DNA of 64,000 nt from Desulfatiglandales bacterium (GTDB taxonomy: Bacteria; Desulfobacterota; DSM-4660; Desulfatiglandales; Desulfatiglandaceae): contig OY759599.1 in NCBI GenBank assembly GCA_963662465.1, positions 544,001-608,000 of the forward strand, given 5' to 3'. The position numbers and the translations under genes are program-made. The notes beneath the pieces were generated by a model, which saw only the letters and a list, made by a program, of their open reading frames with translations, ran no database searches and had not been told where the DNA came from. This document shows, piece by piece, positions 30,427 through 39,745 of this stretch. How positions within the stretch are numbered: the first letter of the stretch is position 1; the number at the start of each line of letters is the position of its first letter.

Positions 30427-31272
30427 TCAAAGGATCAGCTCGCTGCCTTCCTTAGCCGCCTCGATGATGATATCGGCCTTCTGTTTTTTGGCCAGTTCCC
30501 GGCATTTTTTTTCGATCAGGGCTTCTTGCGTGTCCGTTCTGGCGGGTTCATGGTGAAACAGGAGCAGGTGTTTCACCCCGGCTTTCATGGCCAGCTCCAG
30601 AGCGGTACTGTAGTCGGAATGCCCCCAGCCCCGATGCGTTTCAATTTCTTCGGGGATGTACTGAGCATCGTGGACCAGGATGTCCGCATTTCGACAGAAG
30701 GGAACAAAATCTTCAATGCGTTTTCCCTGCCAGATTTTCCGGGTCAGTTCGTTGTCCGTGATAAAGACAAATGACTTATTGTCTTCCTCGAAGCGGAATC
30801 CGAGCGCCCCTTGTGGATGTTGAAGTTCAATGGTGCGGATAGTGGTATTGTGGATTTTTAAAGGTCCATAATGCAACTGGTCCAGATAGCGGATGTCAGC
30901 CCCCAGGTCTTCAAATTTGATGGGAAAAAACCCGTCGCCGATTTTATTGTCAAAAATAGCCCGCAGCCCCTTGATGCATCTGCGTGTGCCGTCAACGGAT
31001 ATTTTCGTGGTGGGTTTAAAAACCGGGTCAAAAAAGGGGAATCCCTGTACATGGTCCCAATGAACGTGGGTCATCAAAAGGTGAATGTCTACTGCTTTTC
31101 CAAGGGCCATCAGGTGGTCTCCCAGCGGCCGCATGCCGGTTCCCGCATCAATGATGACGGTTTCGCCGCAATTCAGCAAAATTTCAACGCAGCAGGTGTT
31201 TCCTCCGTAAACGATGGTGTCTTTTCCCGGCGATGCGATGGAACCCCTTGTTCCCCAGAATTTGACCTTCAT
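30427..31272 (-). CDS. MBL-fold metallo-hydrolase
   Basis: FWGTRGS, YGGNT.C, DAGTG, THVHWDH, GWGHS, FHHEP. Confidence 0.92.
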   Translation of the reverse strand: MKVKFWGTRGSIASPGKDTIVYGGNTCCVEILLNCGETVIIDAGTGMRPLGDHLMALGKAVDIHLLMTHVHWDHVQGFPFFDPVFKPTTKISVDGTRRCIKGLRAIFDNKIGDGFFPIKFEDLGADIRYLDQLHYGPLKIHNTTIRTIELQHPQGALGFRFEEDNKSFVFITDNELTRKIWQGKRIEDFVPFCRNADILVHDAQYIPEEIETHRGWGHSDYSTALELAMKAGVKHLLLFHHEPARTDTQEALIEKKCRELAKKQKADIIIEAAKEGSELIL

Positions 31273-31470
31273 AAAATGATCCCTGTCTCTGATGTTAAGA
31301 GGGTATTTTCAGGTTTTCACATGCGCAAGAACCGTTCTTTGAATGTGAAAACAATGGTTGCGGTTAGAAAGAAAGATTTTCTACTGCATTCAGGCGCTAA
31401 GGTATCTTTTTGTCGATTAGGTGTCAATTCAAAAAAAACAATGCCTTGGGCCATTTTGAATGGGTGTTTG

Positions 31471-32709
31471 TCAGTCTTCATCATCCTGATAGATGCAGGC
31501 AAATACCTTTGCATCGGCGATGATCTGGGAAATCAGGCAGTATTCATTGGGTTGATGGGCGGTATCCGGACAGGTGGACCAAACCGCCGCGGGCAGTCCG
31601 GCTGCCCGGAAAAATGCCGCCACGGTTCCGCCGCCGATGCCCATGGGTTTGGCTTCCCTGCCGGTGATTTTTCGTACGGCCTTTTTTAACGCCGTCACCA
31701 CCGGCGCGTTCACGGGAGTCGGCGGCGCTGCATCATGGCGATGATCGGTTTCCATCTCAACTTCAAGGCCCGTTTCGGCGGCCGCGGTCTCGGCGATTTT
31801 TTCCGTTGCCGTGATGATGGCATCTACGGGATATTCAGGCAGGATTCGGCAGTCCATATAAAAAACTTCTTTTCCCGGAATGGTGTTGACGTTGGCAACA
31901 TTGGCCAGAAATTTGGTGGGTTCAAAAGTGGAAATCGGTGGACTGAAAAGGGGATTAGAACCTGGAAACGTTTCTTTCAGCGCCCCAAGGGCCAGGATGA
32001 GTTTGGCCGCTCCCACCAAGCTGTTTTTCCCCTTTTGGGGGGTGCTGGCATGACACTGTCGCCCCTTAACGGTAAATTTCAGCCAGAGCATGGATTTTTC
32101 GGAGATTTCGATCATGGTGCCGTCTTCGTTGCCCGCATCGGGCACAATGATTAAATCTTCGGGCTTAAAGATGCTTGCATGGTGTTTCAACATGTAATCG
32201 AGACCGAATTCGCTGCCCGTTTCTTCATCCGCCACAATGATTAGACCCACTGAATTTTTTAAAGGTTCACCCGAATCCAGTATGGCTTTAAGCCCCAGAA
32301 AGGCGCTGACAAACCCATGTTGATTGTCTTCGACGCCTCTGCCGATAATGCGATCGCCATCTACCCTGACCTGGTACGGATCAGTTTCCCAAAGGGACAG
32401 GTTCCCCGGAGGGACGACGTCCGCGTGGGCCAGAACCCAGACGACCTGCTTATTTTGTTTGCCTTCCCACCGGCCGATCAGGTTTGGCCGGTAACCATTC
32501 TCCGCCTTTTCATCGGGTGCGTTGATTTCCTGGATGGCATCCGCGTTCATGTTCTCGAACAGTGCTTTAATGAACGTTACCTTTTCATGTTCACCGGTTC
32601 CCCCGTTCAAGGGGCCCAGGGCTACCCGTGACGACAGTTCTTTCTGAAGTTCAATGACGTTTTCTCTGTAACCCTCGATCTGTTCATAGATGTTGGTGGG
32701 TGCGTTCAT
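31471..32709 (-). CDS. M20 metallo-hydrolase (DapE/ArgE-like)
   Basis: AHADVVPPG, GRGVEDN, ADEETGS, HAS.P, GGGT, AHQPNE. Confidence 0.92.
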   Translation of the reverse strand: MNAPTNIYEQIEGYRENVIELQKELSSRVALGPLNGGTGEHEKVTFIKALFENMNADAIQEINAPDEKAENGYRPNLIGRWEGKQNKQVVWVLAHADVVPPGNLSLWETDPYQVRVDGDRIIGRGVEDNQHGFVSAFLGLKAILDSGEPLKNSVGLIIVADEETGSEFGLDYMLKHHASIFKPEDLIIVPDAGNEDGTMIEISEKSMLWLKFTVKGRQCHASTPQKGKNSLVGAAKLILALGALKETFPGSNPLFSPPISTFEPTKFLANVANVNTIPGKEVFYMDCRILPEYPVDAIITATEKIAETAAAETGLEVEMETDHRHDAAPPTPVNAPVVTALKKAVRKITGREAKPMGIGGGTVAAFFRAAGLPAAVWSTCPDTAHQPNEYCLISQIIADAKVFACIYQDDED

Positions 32710-32722
32710 GGGGATGTTCCTT

Positions 32723-33358
32723 TCATGATAGACCGGAAAGGTCTTGAATGGTTTTCATGACCCGGTTGAGTGTTTCTTCACCGGATATCTGTTTGGTGGG
32801 ATAAATTGGATTGCCGAAAGCAATCTTTACATACGTTTTGGGTGCTCTTTTGTGATAGCTTATGCCCACGGGAACCAACGGCAGGGCTAACCGGGAGATA
32901 ATCAGTTTCAGGATGCCCCCTTTGCCGGGCCCCATGCGATTGGGATAATAGGCGCCCTCGGGAAAAACCACCACGCCCTCTCCCTCATTTAGGAAGCGAA
33001 TCATGGCCCTGATGGCATCTCTGCTTCTGAGCGGTTGCCGGCGATTTAGCGGAATCCCCCCCTGTAATTTCAAAAGCCGGTCCGCAAGAGGGTTCAGAAA
33101 GAGTTCATGTTTGGCCATGTAGTACAGGGGTCGGGGTGTGGCGACGGCAATCAGGGGGATGTCCTGCCAGCATTGGTGTTTGGGGAGCAGCAGAAAGGCG
33201 CGGTTCCTGGGAAGCCCCTCCGTCCCTTCTGTTTCCATGCGATAGAAAGGAAAAAAGCCGGCTCGAATCAGAGCCTTTGTGGCATCGCATACCCATCTAT
33301 TTCTTTTGGAACCCAGTCCATAAGAAACTTCGTGTTTTGGTTGGAAACCGGTTACCAT
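32723..33358 (-). CDS. Lysophospholipid acyltransferase (PlsC family)
   Basis: HQCWQD (HX4D), MAKHELF, VFPEG. Confidence 0.88.
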   Translation of the reverse strand: MVTGFQPKHEVSYGLGSKRNRWVCDATKALIRAGFFPFYRMETEGTEGLPRNRAFLLLPKHQCWQDIPLIAVATPRPLYYMAKHELFLNPLADRLLKLQGGIPLNRRQPLRSRDAIRAMIRFLNEGEGVVVFPEGAYYPNRMGPGKGGILKLIISRLALPLVPVGISYHKRAPKTYVKIAFGNPIYPTKQISGEETLNRVMKTIQDLSGLS

Positions 33359-33702
33359 CGCCGCTCGTTTTCCTCGGTGTGATGGGTGTGTTCAAAAAAG
33401 GGTCCATTGGTTTCCCCTGTTTGTTCCTCTTCCAGGCGAACAATCTGATTGATTTTTCTGTAAGACCGAAATCCCTGTATCAGCAGCAGTGCGCTGATCG
33501 GCAAAAGGGTCCAGCCTAAACAGACCACAAGGGGGTGATCCCAGAACCTGATAAATACTAATGCCCCCGCAACCAGGGCCACGACGGTGCGAATGTAGGC
33601 CAGCAGGGTCCTCCTATTGGCCAGTTCCGTGCGATATCCCGCCAGGTGGTCGCGAATGAACAACTCCGGATTGAAAGATGTATTGCCCTTTTTAGGGTCC
33701 AA
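33352..33702 (-). CDS. DUF202-like small membrane protein
   Basis: RDHLA..RT.LANRRTLLAYIRT followed by two TM segments. Confidence 0.8.
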   Translation of the reverse strand: MDPKKGNTSFNPELFIRDHLAGYRTELANRRTLLAYIRTVVALVAGALVFIRFWDHPLVVCLGWTLLPISALLLIQGFRSYRKINQIVRLEEEQTGETNGPFFEHTHHTEENERRW

Positions 33703-33996
33703 ATGTTTTTCCCTTCAAGAGGCCAAGGTTTATCTTGTTGTGTCTTCATTTTTTTGATTGACTGAAACCTAAGAAAAAAGAGACGCTGTGTCAAGCGGAT
33801 ATGAACCTTGACAGATGGCGAGTTGTTCTTCTACAGTCTGGTATTGTCGATACTTACCATGAAAATACAGCCATTAGCTGTTAGCCATTGGTCACCAGCG
33901 GGGCGGCGCTTCTGGCGTTGAAGGATTTTGGGTATCCAAGATGAAGGAATGATATTCTGTATTTATTCCGGGAAAACAGGAGAGAAATCTAACCAT

Positions 33997-34962
33997 ATGG
34001 ATGCGGACATGGTATACATCCTGGATTTGATTGAGCAGGGGGAGGGTCCCTCCGTTGAATTCAAGTCCGAACGGGTCAGGCCGGAGAGTATGGCCAGGGA
34101 GATGGTGGCCTTGGCCAACACCCGGGGCGGCGTCATTGTTACGGATGGTAAATATTATGTGAGGGTCGGTTCAACGAATCGGTTTGCCACTCAGTCTGAA
34201 CTTTTGAGGCTTTTTCAGGCGGGTGGAACGTTTCACTATGATCTTACCCCGGTTCCGGGTACGGGAATCAGAGATCTTAATTTTCCCAAACTGGACAGTT
34301 ATTTTTCGGCCTATCATTTCAGTTTTTCCAGGGAAAACGATGAGCAGAAGCAAATCCTTCTCCATAACACGGATATCCTTCACGACACTTTAGAAACAAC
34401 CATTGCGGGATTATTGCTTTTCGGCGGAAACCCTTCCAGACATTTACCCCAGAACGGCATTTCCTTTGCCCGTTTTCGAGGGATAAGCATCAATGAAGAA
34501 TTGTTGGATAAGCAGAACATCGATGGGAATCTCGATTACCAGGTGGATACCGGTGTGGCGGTGATTAAAAACCATCTGGTCGTACCGTCCAGGATTATCG
34601 GCGTTAAACGGGTGGATACCACTTACCGGTATCCGGACAAGGTGTTTCGCGAATTATTGACCAATGCCGTTGTGCATCGAAACTACGCGATCACTGGATC
34701 AAAAATCAGGGTATTTATCTTTGAAGATCGGATTGAGGTCATTAGTCCGGGGCGTTTGCCCAATACCGTCACCATTGAAAAACTCCCTTTCGGGGTGTCT
34801 TTTGCGAGCAATCCCGTAATCGTCAAGTTCATGGAGAACATGCGCTATATTGATCAGCTTGGCAGAGGGCTTCCAATGGTTTGCCGAGAAGCTGCGGATC
34901 ATGGTAAAAAAGTGGTTTTTGAGGAAATTGGGGAATCATTCAAAGTAACGCTGATGTTTTGA
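33997..34962 (+). CDS. AlbA_2/Schlafen-like + HATPase_c_4 protein, apparent in-frame internal deletion
   Basis: GEGPSVEFKS, ALANTRGG joined directly to TDGKYYVRVGST; RELLTNAVVHRNY, SPGRLP, NP.I, GRG. Confidence 0.8.
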   Translation: MDADMVYILDLIEQGEGPSVEFKSERVRPESMAREMVALANTRGGVIVTDGKYYVRVGSTNRFATQSELLRLFQAGGTFHYDLTPVPGTGIRDLNFPKLDSYFSAYHFSFSRENDEQKQILLHNTDILHDTLETTIAGLLLFGGNPSRHLPQNGISFARFRGISINEELLDKQNIDGNLDYQVDTGVAVIKNHLVVPSRIIGVKRVDTTYRYPDKVFRELLTNAVVHRNYAITGSKIRVFIFEDRIEVISPGRLPNTVTIEKLPFGVSFASNPVIVKFMENMRYIDQLGRGLPMVCREAADHGKKVVFEEIGESFKVTLMF

Positions 34963-35006
34963 TAAAATATATTCAATATTCAATCAGATCTTCAGGAGGT
35001 TTTGCA

Positions 35007-36197
35007 GTGCAAAGCGAAGATAAACACGAAATAGAGGATGTGGCTGTGGCGGCGCTGCGTCCTTTTGGAACATCAATTTTTACTGAAATGAGCGTCTTGG
35101 CCAATGCTCATGGCGCCGTCAATCTTTCTCAGGGGTTTCCCGATTTTGACGGGCCGGAGGCCATTCGCGCCAAGGCGGCCGAAGCCATTAAACGGGGTCC
35201 TAACCAGTATATCCTTTCATATGGCATGTCGGCCCTTCGTGAGGCCGTGGCACGAAAGATGGAGCGGTTTTATGGGGTGAGGGTGGATGCCGACAGAGAA
35301 GTCACCGTGACCAGTGGGGCCACGGAAGGGTTGTGCGCTACCCTTTTAGGCATTTTGGAAACGGGAGATGAAGTGATTCTGCTGGAACCCAGCTATGAGA
35401 CCTATGCGCCGGTGTCGGCTATGGCGAAGGCAAAAATCCGCTATGTCTCGCTGGAAGGTCCGGAGTTTTCGCTGCCCAGGGAGAAACTGGCGGAGGCCTT
35501 TAACCCCAAGACCAAGGCCATCATCATCAACAACCCGCAGAATCCCTGCTGCAAGACTTTTTCGCGGGAAGAACTTTCCTTTATCGGTGGTTTGTGCGTT
35601 CAGTACGGGGCCTATGCCATCGGGGACGAGGTCTATGAACATCTGGTGTATGATGACCGGGAGCATGTCACCCTTTTGACCATCCCCGAACTCAAGGACC
35701 GCTGCTTTGTTATTTCCTCTACGGCCAAAACCTTTTCCATGACCGGATGGAAGATCGGCTATGTGATCGCGGCGCCTGCTTTGTCCCGGGCTGTGCGCAT
35801 GAGCCACCAGTTTATCACATTTTGCGGCCAGGGGCCTCTTCAGGAGGCCATGGCCTTTGCCATCGATTTTCCGGATTCCTACTACGACGCGCTTCTGGCC
35901 GACTACACGAAAAAGCGGGACAGGCTGTCCGATGCCCTGGCAATCCTGGGGTTTCAGCTTTTCCCCACGGCCGGGACCTATTATCTCCTGGTGGACATTC
36001 GAAGCCTCGGGTTTGAAGATGATGTGGCGTTTTGCCGGATGCTGACGGAAAAGGCGGGGGTGGCTGCCATCCCCTGTTCCTGTTTCTGGAATAACCGCGG
36101 TCGGGGGCGAGAGCTGGTGCGGTTCTGTTTTTGCAAGAAGGATGAAACCCTGGATGAAGCCATCAAACGACTCACGGAATTTTTGGGGAAGCGTTAA
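35007..36197 (+). CDS. PLP-dependent aminotransferase class I/II (YbdL-like)
   Basis: NLSQGFPDF, NNPQNP, DEVYEH, SSTAKTFSMTGWKIGY, VRFCFCK. GTG start follows GGAGG. Confidence 0.92.
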   Translation: MQSEDKHEIEDVAVAALRPFGTSIFTEMSVLANAHGAVNLSQGFPDFDGPEAIRAKAAEAIKRGPNQYILSYGMSALREAVARKMERFYGVRVDADREVTVTSGATEGLCATLLGILETGDEVILLEPSYETYAPVSAMAKAKIRYVSLEGPEFSLPREKLAEAFNPKTKAIIINNPQNPCCKTFSREELSFIGGLCVQYGAYAIGDEVYEHLVYDDREHVTLLTIPELKDRCFVISSTAKTFSMTGWKIGYVIAAPALSRAVRMSHQFITFCGQGPLQEAMAFAIDFPDSYYDALLADYTKKRDRLSDALAILGFQLFPTAGTYYLLVDIRSLGFEDDVAFCRMLTEKAGVAAIPCSCFWNNRGRGRELVRFCFCKKDETLDEAIKRLTEFLGKR

Positions 36198-36289
36198 ACG
36201 TCGGAGAAATTCCTTGCCTCTGCTTTCCTAACGTCCTATAATCATTTGAGATGCTTTTTTAAAATAATATTTGTTTCAAAGGAAAAAAG

Positions 36290-36730
36290 ATGACAACCAA
36301 GGATAAAGACCGAACGCCTGTGGCCCAGATTTTGGTGACCCAGTGTACAAGATGCAAGCTGCCCCTGACCCATATGGTGGTTTTACACAACAGTGAAGGC
36401 ATTGTGGAACGGGTTCAGTGCCGTACCTGCGGCAGCGAACACAAATACCACCCGGAGAAGGAAAAGAAGGAAAAGAAGGCCAAGAAACCCGCAAAAAAGA
36501 GCCGGGCGGGCGTGAAGAGCAAAAAACCGGATGCCGCGGCCATTTTCGAGCAGCTGCAGAAAAAATTCCAGGAAAAAGAACCTGTGACTTATACCATGGA
36601 CGGATCTTATCAAACCGACGATGTGATCGACCATAAGACCTTTGGCATGGGGGTTGTGACAGGGGTTTCCTATCAAAAAATGGAAGTGGCTTTTGCCGAC
36701 GCGTCCCGCATTATGGTTTGCGATCGGTGA
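36290..36730 (+). CDS. Conserved hypothetical protein (Zn-ribbon, Lys-rich linker)
   Basis: CTRC..H, VQCRTCGSEH, C-terminal H.TFG.G.V. Confidence 0.8.
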   Translation: MTTKDKDRTPVAQILVTQCTRCKLPLTHMVVLHNSEGIVERVQCRTCGSEHKYHPEKEKKEKKAKKPAKKSRAGVKSKKPDAAAIFEQLQKKFQEKEPVTYTMDGSYQTDDVIDHKTFGMGVVTGVSYQKMEVAFADASRIMVCDR

Positions 36731-36802
36731 TCAATTATTTTCAGGCGCTGTTTCCGAAGTTGCGTGAAGGTGAACATCCCTTTGCGGAAATGAAATGACA
36801 AT

Positions 36803-36872
36803 GCCGGCTCCATTCAGGCCATGGTAGATTTCCCTGTTCAGTGAATGAATGAGCCGGCTTTTTTCTTCTTTT
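36803..36872. terminator. Probable terminator between convergent genes
   Basis: GCCGGCTC...GAGCCGGC followed by a T-run; large loop. Confidence 0.45.
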
Positions 36873-36879
36873 TACCCGA

Positions 36880-38730
36880 TTACTTTTCCGCTGTTTCCTT
36901 TTTTAGCTTGCTAGACCGCAAGAGATGCCTTTTCTGGTAGGACAATACGACCTTTCGCATGCGTATGGACAGGGGGGTGACCTCTACCAGTTCGTCCTCG
37001 CGGATGAAACTGATGGTTTGTTCCAGGGTCATGGGTTTGATGGGGGAGAGGAGTACGTTATCGTCCTTCCCGGAGGCTCGCATGTTGGTGAGCTTTTTTT
37101 CCTTGGTGGCGTTGACGTCGATATCCTGACTTCGGTTGTGTTCCCCGATGATCATTCCTTCATAGACCGGTTCTCCGGGGATGACGAAGAGTCGGCCCCG
37201 GGGTTCCAGGTTGAAGAGGGCGTAGGGGACGGCGTGTCCTGAACGGTCCGATACGATGGATCCGGTAAATCGGCTGGGGCAGTCCCCCCGGAACGGCTCG
37301 TAACCGTCGAACAGGGAGTTCATGATGCCGGTGCCCCGCGTGTCGGTAAGGAATTCGTCCCGGTATCCGATCAGGCTTCGGGTGGGTATGGAAAATTCAA
37401 TGTGAACGCGCCCCATGCCGTTGTTGACCAGATTGGTCATCCGTCCCTTGCGCATGGAGAGCTTCTCTGTTACCAGTCCCATGAATTGCTCTTCGCAGTC
37501 CACCATGAGCCGTTCTATGGGTTCGGTTTTTCGGTCGTTTTCATAACGGAAAATCACTTCCGGCCTGCCCACGGAGAATTCATACCCTTCGCGCCGCATG
37601 GTTTCCACCAGGATTGCCAGTTGAAATTCCCCCCGGCCCTTGACCAGGATGCTGTCCCGGTTTCCTTTTTCTTCCACCTGAATGGCCACGTTGAGCAGGG
37701 TTTCTTTCAGTAGACGTTCTCGAATACGGCTCAACTGAACATATTTTCCTTCTTTTCCGCCCAGGGGGGAATCATTGATCACGAATTTCATGCTCACGGT
37801 AGGCTTGTCCACGCTGATCCGCGGCAGCGCGCGGGGGGCTTCCCGATTGCAGATGGTGTCGCCGATTTTCACGTTTTCAATGCCGGCCAGCACCACGATA
37901 TCCCCGGCATTGACCCCGCTTGCATCTATGAGACTGATGCCGTCATAGGTCTGGAGTTTGCTCACTTTGAGGTCCATGGTTTTTCCGTTTTCACCGATAC
38001 AGACCAGGCTGTCCCTGTCCCTGGCGGCGCCGTTAAAGATTTTTCCGATGGCCAGGCGGCCCATGTAATCCGAGTATCCGAGATCCGAGACCAGCATCTG
38101 GAATGGGGCATCCTCCGTGTAGGAAGGTCCGGGGACTTCAAGGAGGATGGTATCCAGAAGGATGTGAAGGTTTTCGCCCTTCTCCTCCAGGGTCTTTTGG
38201 GCGATGCCGTCCCGGCCCACGGCATAAAGCAGGGGAAACTCCAGTTGTTCGTCATTGGCGCCCAGATCGATCAACAGATCGTAGATTTCATCCAGCACTT
38301 CATAAGGCCTGGCATCCTTCCGATCGATTTTGTTGATGACCACGAGGATCTTGAGCCCCGCCGCCAGGGCCTTTTTCAGAACAAAGCGGGTTTGGGGCAG
38401 GGGTCCTTCCGAGGCATCCACCAGAAGGATGGCGCCATCGGCCATGCTGAGGGCGCGTTCCACTTCACCTCCAAAATCCGCGTGTCCGGGTGTATCGATA
38501 ATGTTGATTCTGACCCCCTTCCATTTGACCGAACAGTTTTTGGCCGCGATGGTGATGCCGCGTTCTTTTTCAAGCTCCATGGTGTCCATGAGTCGTTCCT
38601 CTACCTTCTGATCGGACCGGAACAGGCCGCTCTGGCGGAACAGACCGTCTACAAGGGTTGTTTTTCCGTGGTCTACGTGGGCGATGATGGCAACATTTCT
38701 CAGGGTTTCATTTTTTAATATTTGCGACAT
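36880..38730 (-). CDS. typA: Translational GTPase TypA/BipA
   Basis: [50 protein letters not shown]. Confidence 0.97.
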   Translation of the reverse strand: MSQILKNETLRNVAIIAHVDHGKTTLVDGLFRQSGLFRSDQKVEERLMDTMELEKERGITIAAKNCSVKWKGVRINIIDTPGHADFGGEVERALSMADGAILLVDASEGPLPQTRFVLKKALAAGLKILVVINKIDRKDARPYEVLDEIYDLLIDLGANDEQLEFPLLYAVGRDGIAQKTLEEKGENLHILLDTILLEVPGPSYTEDAPFQMLVSDLGYSDYMGRLAIGKIFNGAARDRDSLVCIGENGKTMDLKVSKLQTYDGISLIDASGVNAGDIVVLAGIENVKIGDTICNREAPRALPRISVDKPTVSMKFVINDSPLGGKEGKYVQLSRIRERLLKETLLNVAIQVEEKGNRDSILVKGRGEFQLAILVETMRREGYEFSVGRPEVIFRYENDRKTEPIERLMVDCEEQFMGLVTEKLSMRKGRMTNLVNNGMGRVHIEFSIPTRSLIGYRDEFLTDTRGTGIMNSLFDGYEPFRGDCPSRFTGSIVSDRSGHAVPYALFNLEPRGRLFVIPGEPVYEGMIIGEHNRSQDIDVNATKEKKLTNMRASGKDDNVLLSPIKPMTLEQTISFIREDELVEVTPLSIRMRKVVLSYQKRHLLRSSKLKKETAEK

Positions 38731-38884
38731 GGGTTTGTTGGCTCCATTTTAGATGACGAAGGTTCAAATTGAACAATCAATTAACATAAGCATCCTGGAT
38801 GGTTTTACAAGGCTTGCACCAGGGCCGTTAATGCCGTTTAACTTCCTTGACCTTCGACCCGGAGGTGGGTATCTTTTAAAAGCA

Positions 38885-38912
38885 GTTTTAAGTTTTAAGT
38901 TTTAAGTTTTTC
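38885..38912 (+). repeat. (GTTTTAA) heptamer tandem repeat, 4 units
   Basis: GTTTTAA x3 + GTTTTTC. Confidence 0.85.
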
Positions 38913-38917
38913 CGTCA

Positions 38918-39713
38918 ATGGGTTTCTGGGTTTTTGATCCTGACGAAAGGAAACAGATCATGTGTTGCAGGGATAAGGACTTTCCATATAAAAGCGTTCT
39001 CAGTTTTTCCGGTCTGATTGATTTTTGGCGCGGGCTTTTGTCTAAGGGCGCCGGCGCTGAGACCGCCATTTTTAAAACCGTTGAAGCGGCGCTGAAGGAT
39101 GCACCGGAAATGCTGGCGCCCATAGAGGATTTGGGGGTTCTGGAAAAACATGGGCGCCTGGTGGAGATGCTCATGAGCCTGGTCATTCCACCGGCTTTCA
39201 TGGATCGGGATTATGCGGCGGCCTTCGTTCCCTTTCAGGTGGCAGTTGATGGTCATGTGCGGTGTGGCGTGGCGGGTGGAAGAATTGAAGGCGACGTCCA
39301 GGATGCCCCTTGAAGTTGCCCATCTGATCCTGGCTCAGGATACGCCCCTTGCCATCCGCTTTCGTCCCGATGAAAGACGGTTTGATGTGGACGGGGCCTA
39401 TGACATCCGCCATGAAATCATCAAGAAACGCATCGACAAGGCCAAGATCAAGGGTGGCGACGAACGCTTAACCCAGCCCGGGAAAATCGCCATCGTTTAT
39501 TCCCATGGGCGTGAAATGCGAGAATACTTTAAATATATTGATTACTTGCAGGATGAAAGCTATTTGGAAAAAGGCGTGGAGAAATTGGAACTCCAGGATC
39601 TTCAAGGGGTGTATGAACTGCGTGCGTTGCGGGTAATGGTCAACATGGCCGCGGCCCGGAAGCGGCCTTTTGTGCCCCCTGAATCTGTTAAGAACGCGGT
39701 CAAGAGGTTGTAA
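38918..39713 (+). pseudogene. Internally deleted, frameshifted conserved protein (usually annotated GAF-domain protein)
   Basis: N-part SVLSFSGLIDFW...FVPFQ and C-part WQLMVMC...FDVDGAYDIRHEIIKKRIDKA...ERLTQPGKIAIVY lie in different frames meeting near 39238. Confidence 0.7.
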
Positions 39714-39745
39714 ATTTTCTATTCTTCCTACTGGATTGTTGTGCT

